A DNA stretch of 63,129 nucleotides, the filler included, from Bigelowiella natans CCMP2755 (taxonomy: Eukaryota; Protista; Cercozoa): NCBI GenBank assembly GCA_000320545.1. It is 5 parts of 5 records of this genome, joined end to end, with 100 filler letters (N's around TTAATTAATTAA, not from the genome) between each part and the next. Parts side by side here need not be neighbours in the genome. Positions count along the whole stretch, not along the records: positions 6,464 to 31,813 come from ADNK01002382.1; positions 31,914 to 41,886 come from ADNK01002978.1; positions 41,987 to 59,355 come from ADNK01002015.1; 2 more parts are not named here. One strand, 5' to 3'. The translations under genes were made by a program, and so were the position numbers. Below are positions 28,488 to 43,095 of this stretch, piece after piece. The notes under the pieces were generated by a model. It was not told where the DNA came from. It was given only the letters and a program-made list of their open reading frames with translations, and did no database searches. Within the stretch, counting starts at the first letter, position 1. Each line of letters starts with the position of its first letter.

Positions 28488-29566
28488 ATGCTCGAATCCC
28501 CGTACGACCGACGGCGAGCGGACGACGAGGAAGATGCAAAGAACATCGCACAGGTCTGGTGCACGTAGGAAATCGAGGTTGAAAACTACCCGCCATCTGA
28601 TAAGTTGGATGACTCAATCTTGGTAGGTTGATAATGGGGATGTTGCTCCGTTCGGGGTCGGCCTCAACCTGGTAAGTGTCGTGGCGGCCCGTCTCCACCC
28701 CCTTCACCGCCATTAAGATGTCTGATTTAAATATAGGTGAAGTGTGCGGTCGGAGCCGGCAGCTTCACCTTCCCCTTTGCTTTTACACAGGTCCAAACCC
28801 TCCTTTTCAGTCTAGTTGTTCTTCATTGTCACAGTAGACTTATTCATACTTCTGGTGTGTCTTCTCGTTCCACAGACAGGGATTGTGTGCGGAATCATAG
28901 GCATTATCCTCTTTGCTGTAATGGTAATGAGAGCCGACATTTGCCAGCGTATATCAACATGCACCTTCACTCTTCTTCTGCCCTATCATCACCAGGCGGC
29001 CTATACGATGAAATTGCTGGCTGATGCCGAGAAGGTACCGCCTCTGTACTGCCAGCGAATATGTCATATTCCCGTGCCGTGTAAGTGGCTAACTGGTCTA
29101 CTTTGAATGGCATTTAAACAACATCGCAGAAATTCTTGATGATAAGAGATTATCGCCCAATCGAGTCCCCCGAGACGGTAGTATCTGATTAAGTACACAT
29201 ATAGCGACTTACAACACTTCGTCCATGTACTTTCCAAGCCGTATAACGTTCTTTCTGACAAATGTATTTCAGGGGAAACCCTCAAGAAACCGCCTCACTT
29301 ATCCAGGTTGATGTGAGTTCTTTTGTTGTTCGAACGAGTGCATGATGATTAATCGTGTTACGAATGCTTGCCACTATTACTCGCTTTGCGTATGCCTTTG
29401 CGAGGGGCTTGGGAACGAATGCACGGCAGCAACCAACGTCTCTCTCTCTCCTCAACAAACACTTATGCCGTGGCGTCTTATTGTTTATCAACTATGTATT
29501 CTCAGAGCTTATGCGGACGGCATACCCAACTGCGGAAGTGTTCGGATACAACTATATGGTGCGAAG

Positions 29567-29612
<46 letters not shown>

Positions 29613-29926
29613 TACATGTATATATGTGTGTGCGTGTGAAATGGGTTAGTCCTTCGAGGAGTTCTGTGTTGGCTCGGGTAAATACGCGCGTCTGATGAAA
29701 GCACCGCAATCACTTTTCTGTTGTTTTTACACTGATTGGCTGGCTACTGACCTAATGATCGTCAGGGCGGGGGCTCTTGTATGTGACCGTGGTGCTAACG
29801 AGCTTAGGTGATGATGAGTTGTGAGAACGATAGGGATGATGGGAGAAGAGGGAGTGGACGACGACGAGGAGGAAGAGCATTTCGAAAATGAAGCGAATTT
29901 CATCTTTTATTCAATATGTAAATATG

Positions 29927-30001
<75 letters not shown>

Positions 30002-30005
30002 TTGT

Positions 30006-30045
<40 letters not shown>

Positions 30046-31245
30046 ATTTGCCTCCCTGTAATCACCACCTCCTCAGGCATCTGTGTCGCTTATGTGCTCT
30101 TCATTACCTCGACAATGAATCATGGATTCGGCTGGGACACGGGTCCGCCCCCCCCCCCTTTTACCCAACCATTGCGCGTCATGTTGGCGTTTTTCTCTTT
30201 TCTTTCATTATCGTCCCGTTGTTACCCCTATTAACGAACAACCCGGACATGGCAAACGACCGCATTCATCATCAGACTACAGGGTGTGGGGATTGAGTGT
30301 TCCTATCCTCATCCAAGCGATGTTCAAAATCCTTTAAGGGGGGTTTCCATGCCCATTGGACTGCAAGAATCCCTCCCCCCCCCCCCCTCTCCCCCGGTCT
30401 CACTCTCCCTGTCTCCTCCCCCCCAAAATATCCTCGCCACGTTGGGAACAGCTTTACCTAACCTGACGAATTATATCTCCCGCAGTTGTTAGCCTTCACC
30501 AGCGTCCTCGGCGATGTCGCGGTTAGTCATGATTTATGGAACAGTTGGGGGAGGGGAGGGGGGACAAAAGCATCTAAGTTTCTTATTTTCGCCTAAAACT
30601 GGGTGAGGAAAGTGATGCTATTATCACGAGGAACTTTTTTCTGGTTCCTTTCGCCCAAAGAACTCGATTCTACTCGTCATCTGGAAGCATGCTAGTGACA
30701 TGAATCTATGGTACCATCGATCGTTACTTTGATTGTCCGAATGAACAACCCGTAGGTTACAGCAGGCCTCATCGGAACGATATGGGGGGGGCTTGCAGCC
30801 GGTGCGTCTTCTTCTTCTTCTTCAGAAGAAGAAGAAGAAGAAGAAGAGATTGATGCTCAAGGATGATGAATTCTTTTCTGTTTCCCCCAACTTTCTATCA
30901 CGGCAGCAGCCTCATTTCTCGGCAGTCCGCCGCCGCCGCCATTACCACCACATTCACAGCCAATGATCATCGTTATTATCGATAATAGGAAGGACACTGT
31001 CGTGGCCAGATAACATCCCCGCCTTCAACTCTTCTAGAGGAGGCAACGTGCCTATTGGTAGCTCATTAGAGTCTTAGATAAGCTTTGTGCGGGTTTAACA
31101 CGACGCGCGGGGGCATTGGAGGGTGTTTATGTGGGGGGCAGGTTGGTAGAGTGTGAGGGATGCGGCATGGTAGGGCTGTGTACGTGCTGTTTGGCCTCTA
31201 CATGATTTCCTGAGAAAGTAATATTTTGGTTCTTCTGTTGTGCGC

Positions 31246-31307
<62 letters not shown>

Positions 31308-31630
31308 ACTGTGGTGACAATACACTACTACACAGGCCTCGCGACATTGTGCTTCATGTTTAACATCCACATGATGTGTCTTCCCATGTCGCAGAGCCTC
31401 AAGGGTAGATACCACGCGGTGTGCCACGTGATGAATACAACGATCGACGATAGCAATGATGATGATGGTGATGATGATGGTGGTGGTGATACGCATCGAT
31501 CTTTGCCAAAACTCTTCATTGCTAGTCATTAATTCATCACTGTTGTCACTTTCTCTTGAAGGTGATATGCAGCATCCAGATAGATTCCCAAAAGTCGTCA
31601 ATATCAGCTTCGTCTTCATCTTGGTCAGTG
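28488..31630 (+). CDS. Amino acid transporter (Aa_trans/AAAP, SLC36/SLC32-like); 3' end lost in the gap at 31814
   Basis: Exons read GLNL/VKCAVGAGSFTFPFAFTQ/TGIVCGIIGIILFA/AAYTMKLLADAEK, LTYP/ELMRTAYP, GICVAYVLFITSTM, GLATLCFMFNIHMMCLPMSQSLK and DMQHPDRFPKVVNISFVFIL. Confidence 0.9.
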
Positions 31631-31777
31631 ACGCGCTCTGCAAAACCTAGCAATCGCAGAGAGGAGGGGCGCGGGTTGGGGGGGGATAGGAGGAGCATGG
31701 CCAGAAAAGATGCAAATCTCTGTGTTTATGATCTGGGAGATAAAGAACGTCGGGTATATTTCGTATGAGGAGAAATA

Positions 31778-31813
<36 letters not shown>

Positions 31814-31913
31814 NNNNNNNNNNNNNNNNNNNNNNNNNNNNNNNNNNNNNNNNNNNNTTAATTAATTAANNNNNNNNNNNNNNNNNNNNNNNNNNNNNNN
31901 NNNNNNNNNNNNN
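31814..31913. other. Assembly gap with TTAATTAATTAA linker
   Basis: N44-linker-N44. The 3' ends of both convergent flanking genes are missing here. Confidence 0.98.
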
Positions 31914-32246
31914 ATCCTCCTCGATGCATCCCATCACGAGCAGCGAGCGCATACCAACGCTGCCGCTACTCATGCTCTCTCTTCCAACCCCCCCCCCCTC
32001 CCTTGGAGAGTGAGCTCAAAAGCAGCTGTCTCTGGAGACACACGACCGCTGCTCTCCTCTGTTCCTTTTCCGTCATGATGATGTTTCCCTACCTCCGTCA
32101 ATCGATTGCGCAGTTTGGCTACCGTTTGCAAGAGGAGATTGTTGGAGCTCTCGAGGTTATCGCGCTCTCGCCGTTCAGCTAAGAAGGATGATGATGATGA
32201 TGATGATGATGCTGTATGAGTGCTAGGGAAGGCCTTTAGCTGTCCA

Positions 32247-32281
<35 letters not shown>

Positions 32282-34835
32282 GACTAAGAAGCACACACAC
32301 GCACACACGCTCGTACACCTAATAAAGATTCCCGAAGATGCTCGTTATGGTTTCTCAGCGTTCCAATGGTCATTTTAAGCTCATTGCACCGCTTTAGAAG
32401 GTCCTAGATAGAGAGGGAGAGGGGGGAGGGGGGGGGTCATCGTTGGAGTGCAAGTGAGAGGGTAGAAGAGATGAAAGAGAAGCAATGAATCAAATGCACT
32501 CAACGTTGATCATGCCACCCTACCTGATATGCGATTTCAGAGAGAGAAGCTCTCTTGGCCATATTAGTGAATCTTCGCCCTAGCTGAGAAGCACTCGATT
32601 TTACCATTGCTAAGCACATAATATTGAGGGTGATGATAATAATAGTAGTAGCTGTTTGTTAATGATAATGATGATGGTGGAAGTGGGGGGGATAAGAAAG
32701 GTCGTTCATATTCACAAGTATTCCTATGTTTCCACCACCTCACTCTTCTTCTCTCAAAATGAAAAAGAACCAAAAAATCAACATCGGTTGTGCTAGCTCT
32801 CTGCTCTAGAAGCAGATGTTGGATGTGGTGGAATGCATGCACAGCTGGAAGAAATAGAAGAAGAAAACACCTCCTTCAACAACGTCTCCACTATCAATGC
32901 TTGACTCCGTTTCGATGTGAGAAGATGACGAGCTCTTATTCTTGCTTTTGTTTTTCTTCTTCTTCTTCTTCTTCTTCTTCTTCTTCTTCTTCTTTTTCAT
33001 CATCTGTGGCGCTGTCGCAGTTGTTGTCATCATCAAAGGCTGCTTCGCACTAGCACGGGTAGCCGTTATCAGTTCGTTGGGCTGCGGCTTCGTCGGTAAC
33101 AGTGCGGACAGGATAGTCTTACCGCTGCCCTCAGTGTTGTTGCTTCGAGGAGGGGGGGGGGCGATGCCTTGGGTACGCCTGCAAAAATACCATATCATCC
33201 TCATTATCATCCTCATTATCATCCTCATCATCAGCAGCAGCATGCTTATTCTTCCTGACCTCTGTGCATATTTGCTCAATGCTTGTCTCTTTTTCTTTGC
33301 CCAGATGTCCTTCTTTTTAGTGCGGGGAGGAGCACTGATGTGCTGATGGTGGTTTGGGGGGGGGGGGGGCTTCCTCGTAGTTTCTGCCGATCCTCTTGGT
33401 GTCAGCCCACCTGTGACTACATCGGTACTCTTTGGAGGGCCAGAGGAGGGGAGAGGGAGAAGAAAAGGGGGAGGGGGCAGGGAAACACCACAGATAGCAT
33501 TGTCAAGGAGGGCATGATCAAGTGCAAGATAGCCTTGCAAACGGATATTGACACATACATACGAAAGCGTTCCTACAGGTTCCTCCAATCACCTCACCTG
33601 AAAAGATGCCGCACTTGCACTAACACCACTCACGCTTCTCGGCGAGAGGGAAAGTCTTTCACCCGACAATTCTACTAATGCCTCCGGTTCCCGTTGTTGC
33701 AGTGACAACGGGTTTACAAGGAACTTAGATTTGCCATTCATGCCCTTCTTCATATCTGCCTCATTCCCGCTCATTGCAGCAGCGTTATCTCCCCCCCCCC
33801 CCGACGAATCAGCGCATTCGCGCTCCTCTCCGGATATTGCAGATCGCAGACAATTCTGGAGCATCGTCACCCGGCCTAGACTTGGAGATGTTCCTGAGGA
33901 GGCTGAGTGGTGGTAGTCAGTAAGTAAGTAAGTAAGAAATGAAGAACAAACACGTTGATTAGATGATTGATTGACTGGAAATGCTGAAGAAAGTATGTTT
34001 TTTTAATTTAACTGCTACACCACAGATGATGATAACCACCATGCACAACAAATACGTATTCAGCGCTGGTAGTACACCATGTAGAAGTAGCAGCGGGAAA
34101 GCACACAAACACAAACACGCACACAAGCACACACGTTCATAGAACGGTACTATAATAACGAAATCTGACCGCTATGAGGTGACGACGCGCGGCTATCGTT
34201 GTTCTTCTTGATGAGCATTCTCCCTCCTCGATTACGGTATTGGAAGTTGTTGTTGTTGTTGTTGAGTCCCCTTAGCCTTCTCCGGTTGGATGAATACTCC
34301 CTAGCAGCATCGCTGTCAGAGCTTGAGTCGGACGATGACGGTGATGAGGGGGTGGGGGAGGCACTTTTCCTTCCGATATTTTCTTCCTCCTTGCCCTTAA
34401 GACCGTCCCTCCACTTTTGGACACCATCATCCCGCACAGGAGGCGACATATTATTGTCACTGTTGGACAATAAATCTCTCTCTTGGGAATTCTGGGTGGC
34501 GGTGTCACTAGACTTCGTTGAAACCGGTTCTTCCTCGTCGCCGTTTATCGCTTGCAGCTGCTGTAGCCGCTCGTGCGATCTGGGCAGAAACAAAGACGGG
34601 GAGTGGGGGGGTTGAGAAGAGGAAGAAGTAAAAAAAGAAGACCGATGAAAGTTGTCATTCTCTCGTTGTAGAGGATATTGTCCTATTGACTGCTACAGTG
34701 TAAGAAGATAATGCTAACAGTGATTGCTTCAGCAGAACTACTACTACCAATACTACGACAAATTACTCTTACAATGTACCGCTGCCTGTTCCACGCTACA
34801 CGTTTCATGGCCAACAAGAGCCGTCCTATGGAAGG

Positions 34836-34876
<41 letters not shown>

Positions 34877-37800
34877 TTATATATATTTATCGTTGTCTTT
34901 AGTAGCGATGGTTATCATTTTATCTATCGCTACCTCTACTCCCCCCCCCCTCTCGCTTTTCAGTGGAGGACGAGGACGCAGCCGCAGCAGATGCGGCGCT
35001 GTTGTCCTTCTTTTTCCTCCTGCTTCTCTTTCCCCTCTTTTTCCTCCTCGAAGGAGAAGCAGAGCCCTCGGATTTGGCCTTGCGCAGCATCTTCTTCCCC
35101 CCCTTCCTGTGCTCACCGCCACTCCGTTTATTCAGGAAAATCGCACGTATGTTCGCACTTTCCACCGACGGGGCGGGAGATAGCTCGGTGTCTTCGCTGG
35201 CATCTGTACCATCATGGAGACTTTGTGGGGTCTGCTGCTGCTCCTGATGAGGATGATGATGTGTTTTCTTCGTATCTTCCGCCTGATTATCGCCCCCCTC
35301 CCCACTCCCCTCCTCGTCCACGAAGGCATCCATATCCAGCACATTGTAGGAATACGCGAAAGAAGACGAGCGGCCGAGGAGCAAGCTCTGATGATGATGA
35401 AGAAGAAGAAGAATAATAATAATAATAAGATAACGATGATGATATCGATGATGGTGACAGTAGGGGCTATGTGCTGGAAGATTCGTGTGCTGTAACGGAC
35501 GGGGGGGTGATGGGGAGAGATGTAATTGGATTGCAGCAATAAAATAGATTCACACACAATGTAGGAGAGGGGGGGGGAGAGTAAAACCACCGTCTTTGAC
35601 TTCTTTTGCTCCTCCCCTCCTCCTTCTCCCTCTTCCTTGCTCTCCTCTTCCTCCACAGGCCACTTCCTCGCAGCAGCCCGCCGCAATGCCTCTGCGGCAT
35701 CCCGCTCTTGCTCGATCTGCCTTCGGCGATGTTCCCTCTCCCTCTCCGCTGCCTCTGCTTCCATCGCTTGTGCAGTCTCCTCGAAGTTGGCGAGTATTTG
35801 GGCCGGTATTAAGCAACCACCACGAGCGGCAGCAGCTATGGCTGACCGAAGAGAGCTGAGCTTCTTCGCGGCCGCTGCGGTCCGAAGGCGATGCAGGATA
35901 TTGAGCGACAACGACATCTTCTGCCGAGCCGAGGACGCTCGGGCTGCGACCTATGAGACCCGAAAGGGGAAGGGGGGGGGGGGGGGGGGGGGGGGATTAC
36001 GAGGAAGGTTATTAAGTAGTCAAAATAGTGGTGAATTCTGATCGTTTGGAGCACCTTCTACCATATCATCATACGCCACAAAGCAATGGTATTCTCAAGG
36101 AATAAACAAACTTTGTATCATCATCATCATCATCATCATCACCACCACCATCATCATTGCTACAGCAGCGCAGGTAGTAGTAGTAGTAGTAGTAGTATTG
36201 CCTGAATGGTCTTTGTAGCACTAGAGATTCTGAGCAATCGCCTCCTTCCGAAATACGCGTACACAGCGGCCTAGCAGATGGTGTGGATGGTGGGCATGCG
36301 TGTTGCATCACAACTAGTGATAGTGTAGTAGTAATAGTACACGATTGAACGAGTAGAGAAAATAGCGGTGCCATATCTTCCATATGCTCTAGAGTCGTGC
36401 GGGAAGATATCTCGCCCTGTTACAACACTGGTCTCTCTTTTTTTCTTTCTTTCTATCTTTTCGATGATGATAATGATGATGATATATCTAGTGCTGTAGG
36501 AGTTGTTATTGTTGTGCTTGTCTTACACCTATCACTCGTTGATTCACTCACTCTTCTATGTTGGCTGGACAACAGAAGGATGTTGTCGGATGCATGCATG
36601 CATGGATGGACGTATTCACCTGTATTCGTAACGAGCCTAGGTGTCGTCCAAGATGCTCCTTGAAGGGCTCAAGCAGCTCTACGGGAATGATCCCGGCTTT
36701 CTCAGCAACCTATAGTATACATTCGAAAGAAGCGATGATAGACGTGATTGCACCATGATTTAAGAACTGCTGATGAATGATCGTAAGCAATATGATGGTG
36801 TGAAATCATCAAAACCTCTATTCCGTGGCGCAGGGCGCGCAAGGAGCCCTTTCTTATCGCGCTTCTCATATTCAATAGGAGTGCTAATTGCATGGACATC
36901 TTCTTCTTGGCCAGAATTGCTTGTATCGCAGCTTGGAGCGTTGGTGCGTACACCATTTCGTCGCGTATGCGGTGAAAAGGAAGAAGCATCTTCGGTGGGA
37001 TCTCCATCGTGGCAGCAGCCGCCAACAGTAACTCAACCTCCACCAGCCTAGATCTATTCTTCGATGATAATGATGACGATGACGATGATAACAATAACGA
37101 TGAGGATGACGTCGTGGATCGGAAATGGTGCGAGGATGAAGACAAAGACGAGTCTATTAACGATGATGACGTTCCAACTGAAGGAGAAGCAGCGTCAGGT
37201 TCAGTGGCTTTTCGTAGTCGCTTAAGCAGAGCTGCCTTTTCAGCTCTCCTTTGCCACGAGATCAGCATTCGGGCATAGGCCTGAATAGCCGCAACCCTCA
37301 TGGTGATGGCTGCCTTGTGCGCTACTCGTAGCCTTTGACTCATACCAGAGCGCATAAATACCAGCGACTTACCGATCTGCCACTCGGATAAGGTGGTTTT
37401 GCCACTCGTACCCCCCCCCCCTCCTACATCGCCCTTCTGCTGCTGCTGCTCGAAGCTGGAGAGGAGCTGTCGGCAGAGCTCCTTCTTAGCATCGTGGGTG
37501 ATAGGTGTTGCTGCCCCTTCTGTTGATGGTGATGGTGATGATGATGATGATGATGATGTAGGGAGGAGTAGCGAGGCGTATCGTGAGAGGAACTTATCGA
37601 TATTGACTCGCTTCGAGTAGCCGAACTTTCGGACCTACGATCATTCGGTTGGTATGATGTGTTTGATTGAAAGAAGTAGTGTTGTTGTTGTTGGTTGCTG
37701 CTGCTGCTACTGCTGCTGCTGCTGTTTATAATGTGTGCTAGTGTTGGTGGGTGATGCTGGTGGTGATGCACAGGTGGTGGGATATGATGCGTTGCTGAAC

Positions 37801-38054
37801 TATTCCCTCATGAGAGGGAGGGAGGGAGGGAGGGAGAGAGAGAGAGATGATAGGGAGAAACAAAGCACCTGCAATGCGTCCACGATGCCAGATGTCAATA
37901 GCTGCCTCATCACGAGCTCCTCATTGAAGCTCAGAGCTCTGCACGTTGAGAACAAGCAAAACACACCGATGATGATGATGATGATGATGATAGTGTATCA
38001 GCTCCCAAAAAGTTGTTTTTTTTGGATATTTAAATGTACATTAGTCTCTCTCTC

Positions 38055-38135
<81 letters not shown>

Positions 38136-38307
38136 CACAGCATATCCTTCGAGTCTTCTTGTTCATCAATATCATACTCAAATTTGTCGGATCGTACTTT
38201 TTATCGTCGTTTGGCTTGATACAGCGAAGAAACCACGACTCCGTAGCTCGCACCTATCAAGTGTCACAGTATCATGATGGGGATGCATGCATGTTGCCTG
38301 ACGACGG

Positions 38308-38353
<46 letters not shown>

Positions 38354-38614
38354 TTTCCATTCCTGGTCTATCATGGAGATTAGTGTGCTCGTAAGTGATG
38401 AGCAACACGATTATGATGATGATGATGATGATGATGATGATGGTGATGATGAGGAGGATACATACCTCCGTTATCAGTGCATGCAATGAGGCCTGAAATC
38501 GGGATCCTAGCGACTTCTTCTTCCTCGAGCCCTTTTTCTTACTTCGTGGTCTGATTTACGAATAATCAAATGAGTGAACGATGATGATGATGATGATGAT
38601 GATAACTAATGATA

Positions 38615-38654
<40 letters not shown>

Positions 38655-39923
38655 GTTTCTATATGTGCGCTTCAACACATTTAGTAAAAAGTAATCCCCC
38701 GCCTCCGCCCCCGCCCCCGCCCCCTCTTTTCCAGTATCAAGAGCAGGGTACCACCCCTTAATCAATCGGAGCGATGGCGCTGTGGGGGATCGTTGGCGGG
38801 GAGGTGTTTGTTCAAAGGATGATGGTTCAGTGACTATTGTTGAAGGAACGTGTGGTAGTAGTACACCATCATTTGATGATGATGATGGTAATGATGATGA
38901 TACTATAGCTGCTGGTAGTGGATGCGACACCCCTCGACGAGGATTTTGCTGCTGCTGCTGCTGCTGCTGCTGCTGGGCTGCGCTAATAATGCCATCTTCA
39001 TTCTTCTTCTTCTTCTTCTCCTTGTTCTTCTTTTTCCTCTCGGAACCAGTTGGCGTGGATGCTGTGTCTCCATCGCCATCGTAGCCGCCCCCCTCCCATT
39101 TGCTAATTCTCGAAATAATAGCTCCGGCAGGGGGGGTTGTGGGAGCGTGCATCCCCTCTTTGGGTCTTCTCGTTTTGAGCAGCTTCTTCTTCTTCTTCTT
39201 CTTCTTCTTCTTCTTCTCCTTCTTGTTGTTCTTCCCCTTCTTTTCTTTGCTCTTCCCCCCAGTCATTGCGGATGCGAAAGCGTTGTGCTTAGCCCCCCTC
39301 CCTCTTCTTGGGCTTGGGTTCTGTGGGCGCGGGATGGACAAAGGCCGGCAAGAGAGGTGAGGCAAACGTGCAGAGAGAGACGATGAAGACCTGGAACAGC
39401 CTGACGATGACGACGAGGAAGAGTAGTATGTGGAGGCTATAGTCACGGATGATACGACCGATGAGGAGGAGGAGGCAGAACAGTATCCCCCTCCCACTGA
39501 TGATGCCGAGGAGGAGGGGGGTGGTGCAACGGCAGCAGGAGCAGCAGTAGCAGCAGTAGCAGCACGGGGTTGGTCGTGAACGATGTGTTGTCTGGTTGGA
39601 TAACGTCGTGGCCGTCGTATTATCGGTATTGGGAAGGTAAAGCAGCAGCAGCACCACCACCACCACCAGGATGATAGTGTAGTAGACGAGGTGGTATAGG
39701 AGAGATAATGGAGACCATTCGAGGAGGAGACAGCGGTGATAGTGGTGGTGGTGGTGGTGGCAGCGGCCAGGCAGGATCGATTGATTGATTGAGGTTCAAT
39801 GCCCCCCCCCCCCCCCCCATATTACAAAAAGAAAAAATGATGGTAGTTGTTCAGGGCCAGCAAGTAGAATTGAGGCGGATTTGTATAGTAAGTATGCCAT
39901 AATTTTTATATTAAATATATTTA

Positions 39924-39965
<42 letters not shown>

Positions 39966-40072
39966 TCAGATGACAAACAAGCGAAGAAGATGATAGAAGA
40001 TAACCCAAAACCAAGGGCAATAGAAGGACAACACACACACATACACACACACACATACACACATTATTTATG

Positions 40073-40106
<34 letters not shown>

Positions 40107-41730
40107 AACGATGACAACGATAATGATGATTCTACGCACGACGTCAAGATCCCACCTTGTTCTTCTTCCACTTCGTGAGAAGTTGTTATTATTGACGAAG
40201 CCTAAGGAGTTGAACAAGAACAACAACAACAGTAGAAGAAGAACACCTTAGCAATCTCTTCATCACAGCCACCATGAAGGACGCGACAAAGCAGATTCAT
40301 TGCGCTTGTTTCATTCAAAATGGAGGACTTGGTAGGGAGACATCCTAATGTGCTGCAAATGCACGCATTATTCGCTTTCGTTGCTTTCTTCAAATTACTC
40401 TTAGCGAAGGACGTTTTCCTTTCTCGCACTGCTGCCGCCGCTGCTCTTGGCGTCGTTGATGACGATGATAACGGAGAAGTAGCAGATACACCCCCCCCAG
40501 GTGCTGATTTGCCTGGTGTCTTTGGGGGCAGGGGCTCGAAGATCGTAGAGAGAAGAGATAGACCCGAGTTGACGAATAGCTTCACCACGGTGTCCTCAAA
40601 CTTGTTAAAGTTTTTAGCTATAAACCTAGTAACACGAAGACGGTGAAGAGGTGGCAGGAGGAGGAGAACGATGAGACACATCACAGAGAGGAGAAGGGGT
40701 AGGGGGGGGGGGGGGGGGGAGAGTCATAAAATCCAAGATGACAACAAAACTGGTGGGGAGTGGGGTGTATGTAGCGTGTGGTGTTCGTTCCTACCCGTCG
40801 ACAGAATATACTACAGGCTTAGCATAGTGCTTCACCTGATGTGTGGGGGGGGGTATGGTGAGTCACAAGCGCTGTGGTTATTTGATAGAAAGACAGGATT
40901 GCTACTACTAGAACTACTACTACAACTACAACTACTCCTCCTACACTGCTATTACTACTAGTGCAATTGCTGCGAATGTCACAAAACAACTTCTCCAACA
41001 CTTCTAACTACCGTGAACTTGAGCTCTGCTGCTGCACGCGCCGGCACGTAGTTCGGGTGCCGCTATCACAAATAAGGTTGCAAGCTTTACACACAACAAC
41101 AACAACAACTACAACTACAACAACAACAACAACAACAACAACAACACGACACACGAAAGCACGAAGACATGCCCACACCACACCACATACATGTAAAAAG
41201 TACATTAATAGCGCTACTACTACTACTGCTGCTGCGACTACAACTACTGCTGCTGCTTTTGCTAGCAATAGAACCTTATGCGCCGCACGAAGCTTTTGAA
41301 CGTAGCCCTGCTCCGATCCACCCGGCATATTGCCTGTGTCAATCAATCAACCAATCAGTCAATCAATCCACCAATCGTGGTTTGTGAGTAGAGGAGTGCC
41401 TTAATCCTTATCATTTGGAGGATGAATATGCAATGGGCATACGATATTATCTGCTATTTGTTCTCATCATTAAAGATCGATACACCACCAAACTCTCTCA
41501 ACTACCTAGAACTACTACTACTATTGCTAGTGGTGGTGGTGCTGCTGCTATTTTATCCTCCTCCTCCTCCTCCTCCTCCTCCTCCTCCTCCTCTCACTGC
41601 TAGCACATACCCTCATCCTCCAGCATAGGGAACAGGCCGTTTGGGCGCTTCTCTACGAGATCTATGCACATTTCGTGTGGAAGAAGAAGATTCACTTTCT
41701 GGTCCAGCCTCTGGGTAATGTACAGTCGAG
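31914..41730 (-). CDS. Unconventional myosin heavy chain, partial (C-terminal half of motor, IQ, long low-complexity/coiled-coil tail); truncated by gaps at both ends
   Basis: Motor motifs in the expected order: MCIDLVEKRPNGLFPMLEDE (about 41615-41675), GNMPGGSEQGYVQKL, FIAKNFNKFEDTVVKLF, KKSLGSRFQASLHALITE, MRATESWFLRCIKPND, FNEELVMRQLLTSGIVDALQ, VRKFGYSKRVNIDKFLSRY, WQIGKSLVFMR. IQ motif VAAIQAYARMLISW. Assigning the tail exons to the same gene is inference. Confidence 0.9.
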
Positions 41731-41886
41731 CTCAATCGAGAAATTCGTGAAGTGATGATGGAGATGAGGAGGAGTGGATGAGTAGAGGGTAATATTGGCG
41801 TCTTACGGACGGATGATAGAGAAAGCAAAACAAGATAAAGGGGGGTGAGATGTTTTTCATTAATTATATAGTGAGAGATATAAAGG

Positions 41887-41986
41887 NNNNNNNNNNNNNN
41901 NNNNNNNNNNNNNNNNNNNNNNNNNNNNNNTTAATTAATTAANNNNNNNNNNNNNNNNNNNNNNNNNNNNNNNNNNNNNNNNNNNN
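41887..41986. other. Assembly gap with TTAATTAATTAA linker
   Basis: N44-linker-N44. The myosin N-terminal motor half is not found on the far side. Confidence 0.98.
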
Positions 41987-42029
41987 GTGTGTGTGTGTGT
42001 GTGTGTGTGCTTATGTCTTGTGTACAATA

Positions 42030-43095
42030 ACCTGCGTTTGTGAGCAGAAGCGTAAGTAAAGGCAGCAAGACTGCTATGAGCACCTGAGATCAGTGACCAG
42101 GTGTGTCGCAACCGTACATAAAAGCAAACTTAAGGAATCATACACAAACTAAGTGCATGTGCATTGAAAATAACATTGAGAAAACATACTGGTTGACGTG
42201 TTCATAACATACCATGAGCCAAGTCGGCACTGTCTGTTGGAGCAATTTCTGTTTTTCACGCAAACAAAGTCTATGATTGCTTACTGAGCAGTCGCAGTGA
42301 GATGTGTGCGTGCGTGCGTGTTTGCTCAGGGTGCAATGGCAATATCGAACAACCTCGCTGAAAAGCGGATTAGCCATGAGAAGATCCTCTTCCCCCTCTG
42401 ACGATAGGTATGTATGCATAAAATCGATGGCTCCAGGTGCTTCGTTAGGTGCAATCATGTGTTTTTTCCACGCGTATTTCTGTGAAGCCGCCACTTTTTT
42501 TTTCAATGTAAATCTTCATACAGCACACTGCTATTACCCCGCGTCGGTATCCTCAGCAGCAGGCTCTCGTTCCCTTGGGTCTGGGCTGGGATTGACCGCC
42601 CGATGAGGAAAATGCATGCCTGCAATATGTGAGCGCAGACGCAGCTCTCAACAACAAAGCATACGCACACCACGTACACCACGCACACCACGCACACACT
42701 ACAGCATGGGCAGGGTTTTCAAGTTGCAACAACACAATCCCCTCCCCTTGCTTCGTTCCGACTTCGCACCATCAGCGCCAAGGAGATCCATATTCTCTTG
42801 CTTGACCGCACGGCGCTTATCTCCTGAGGAAGCCACAACATCTCGATTTACGCGGACTGCTCCACAGCAGTTCAATTTTCTTGTATTATCCCCTCTCCCC
42901 CCCCCATCCCGTCCCCTTTTAGGCAAATGCGAGCACGCATTCACTACCCGCGAAAGGGAGAAGCCGTCCTTGTCGTTCGCTCCCTCCACAAAGAACGAAG
43001 CGAGCATCTTCGCCTCTGCACGTTTCAGAGAGGGGCAACCTTCTAGTAATTGTTCAGACGCGTCCTCCTCGTGAAATCCTTCTCGAATCTAAGTC
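42030..43095 (-). CDS. Possible gene fragment of unknown function
   Basis: Open, non-repetitive segments at 42138-42506 and 42699-43090 (MKKKVAASQKYAWKKHMIAPNEAPGAIDFMH; IREGFHEEDASEQLLEG). No myosin motifs and no family recognised. Confidence 0.35.

Noticed and set aside
29821-30296. ORFs with YIYIYI, CVCVCV, ERERER, poly-M/H/D runs here and across the window
   Set aside because: Translations of intronic microsatellites with no independent coding evidence.
42030-43095. Possible 5' half of the myosin beyond the gap
   Set aside because: No P-loop (GESGAGKT) or switch motifs found.
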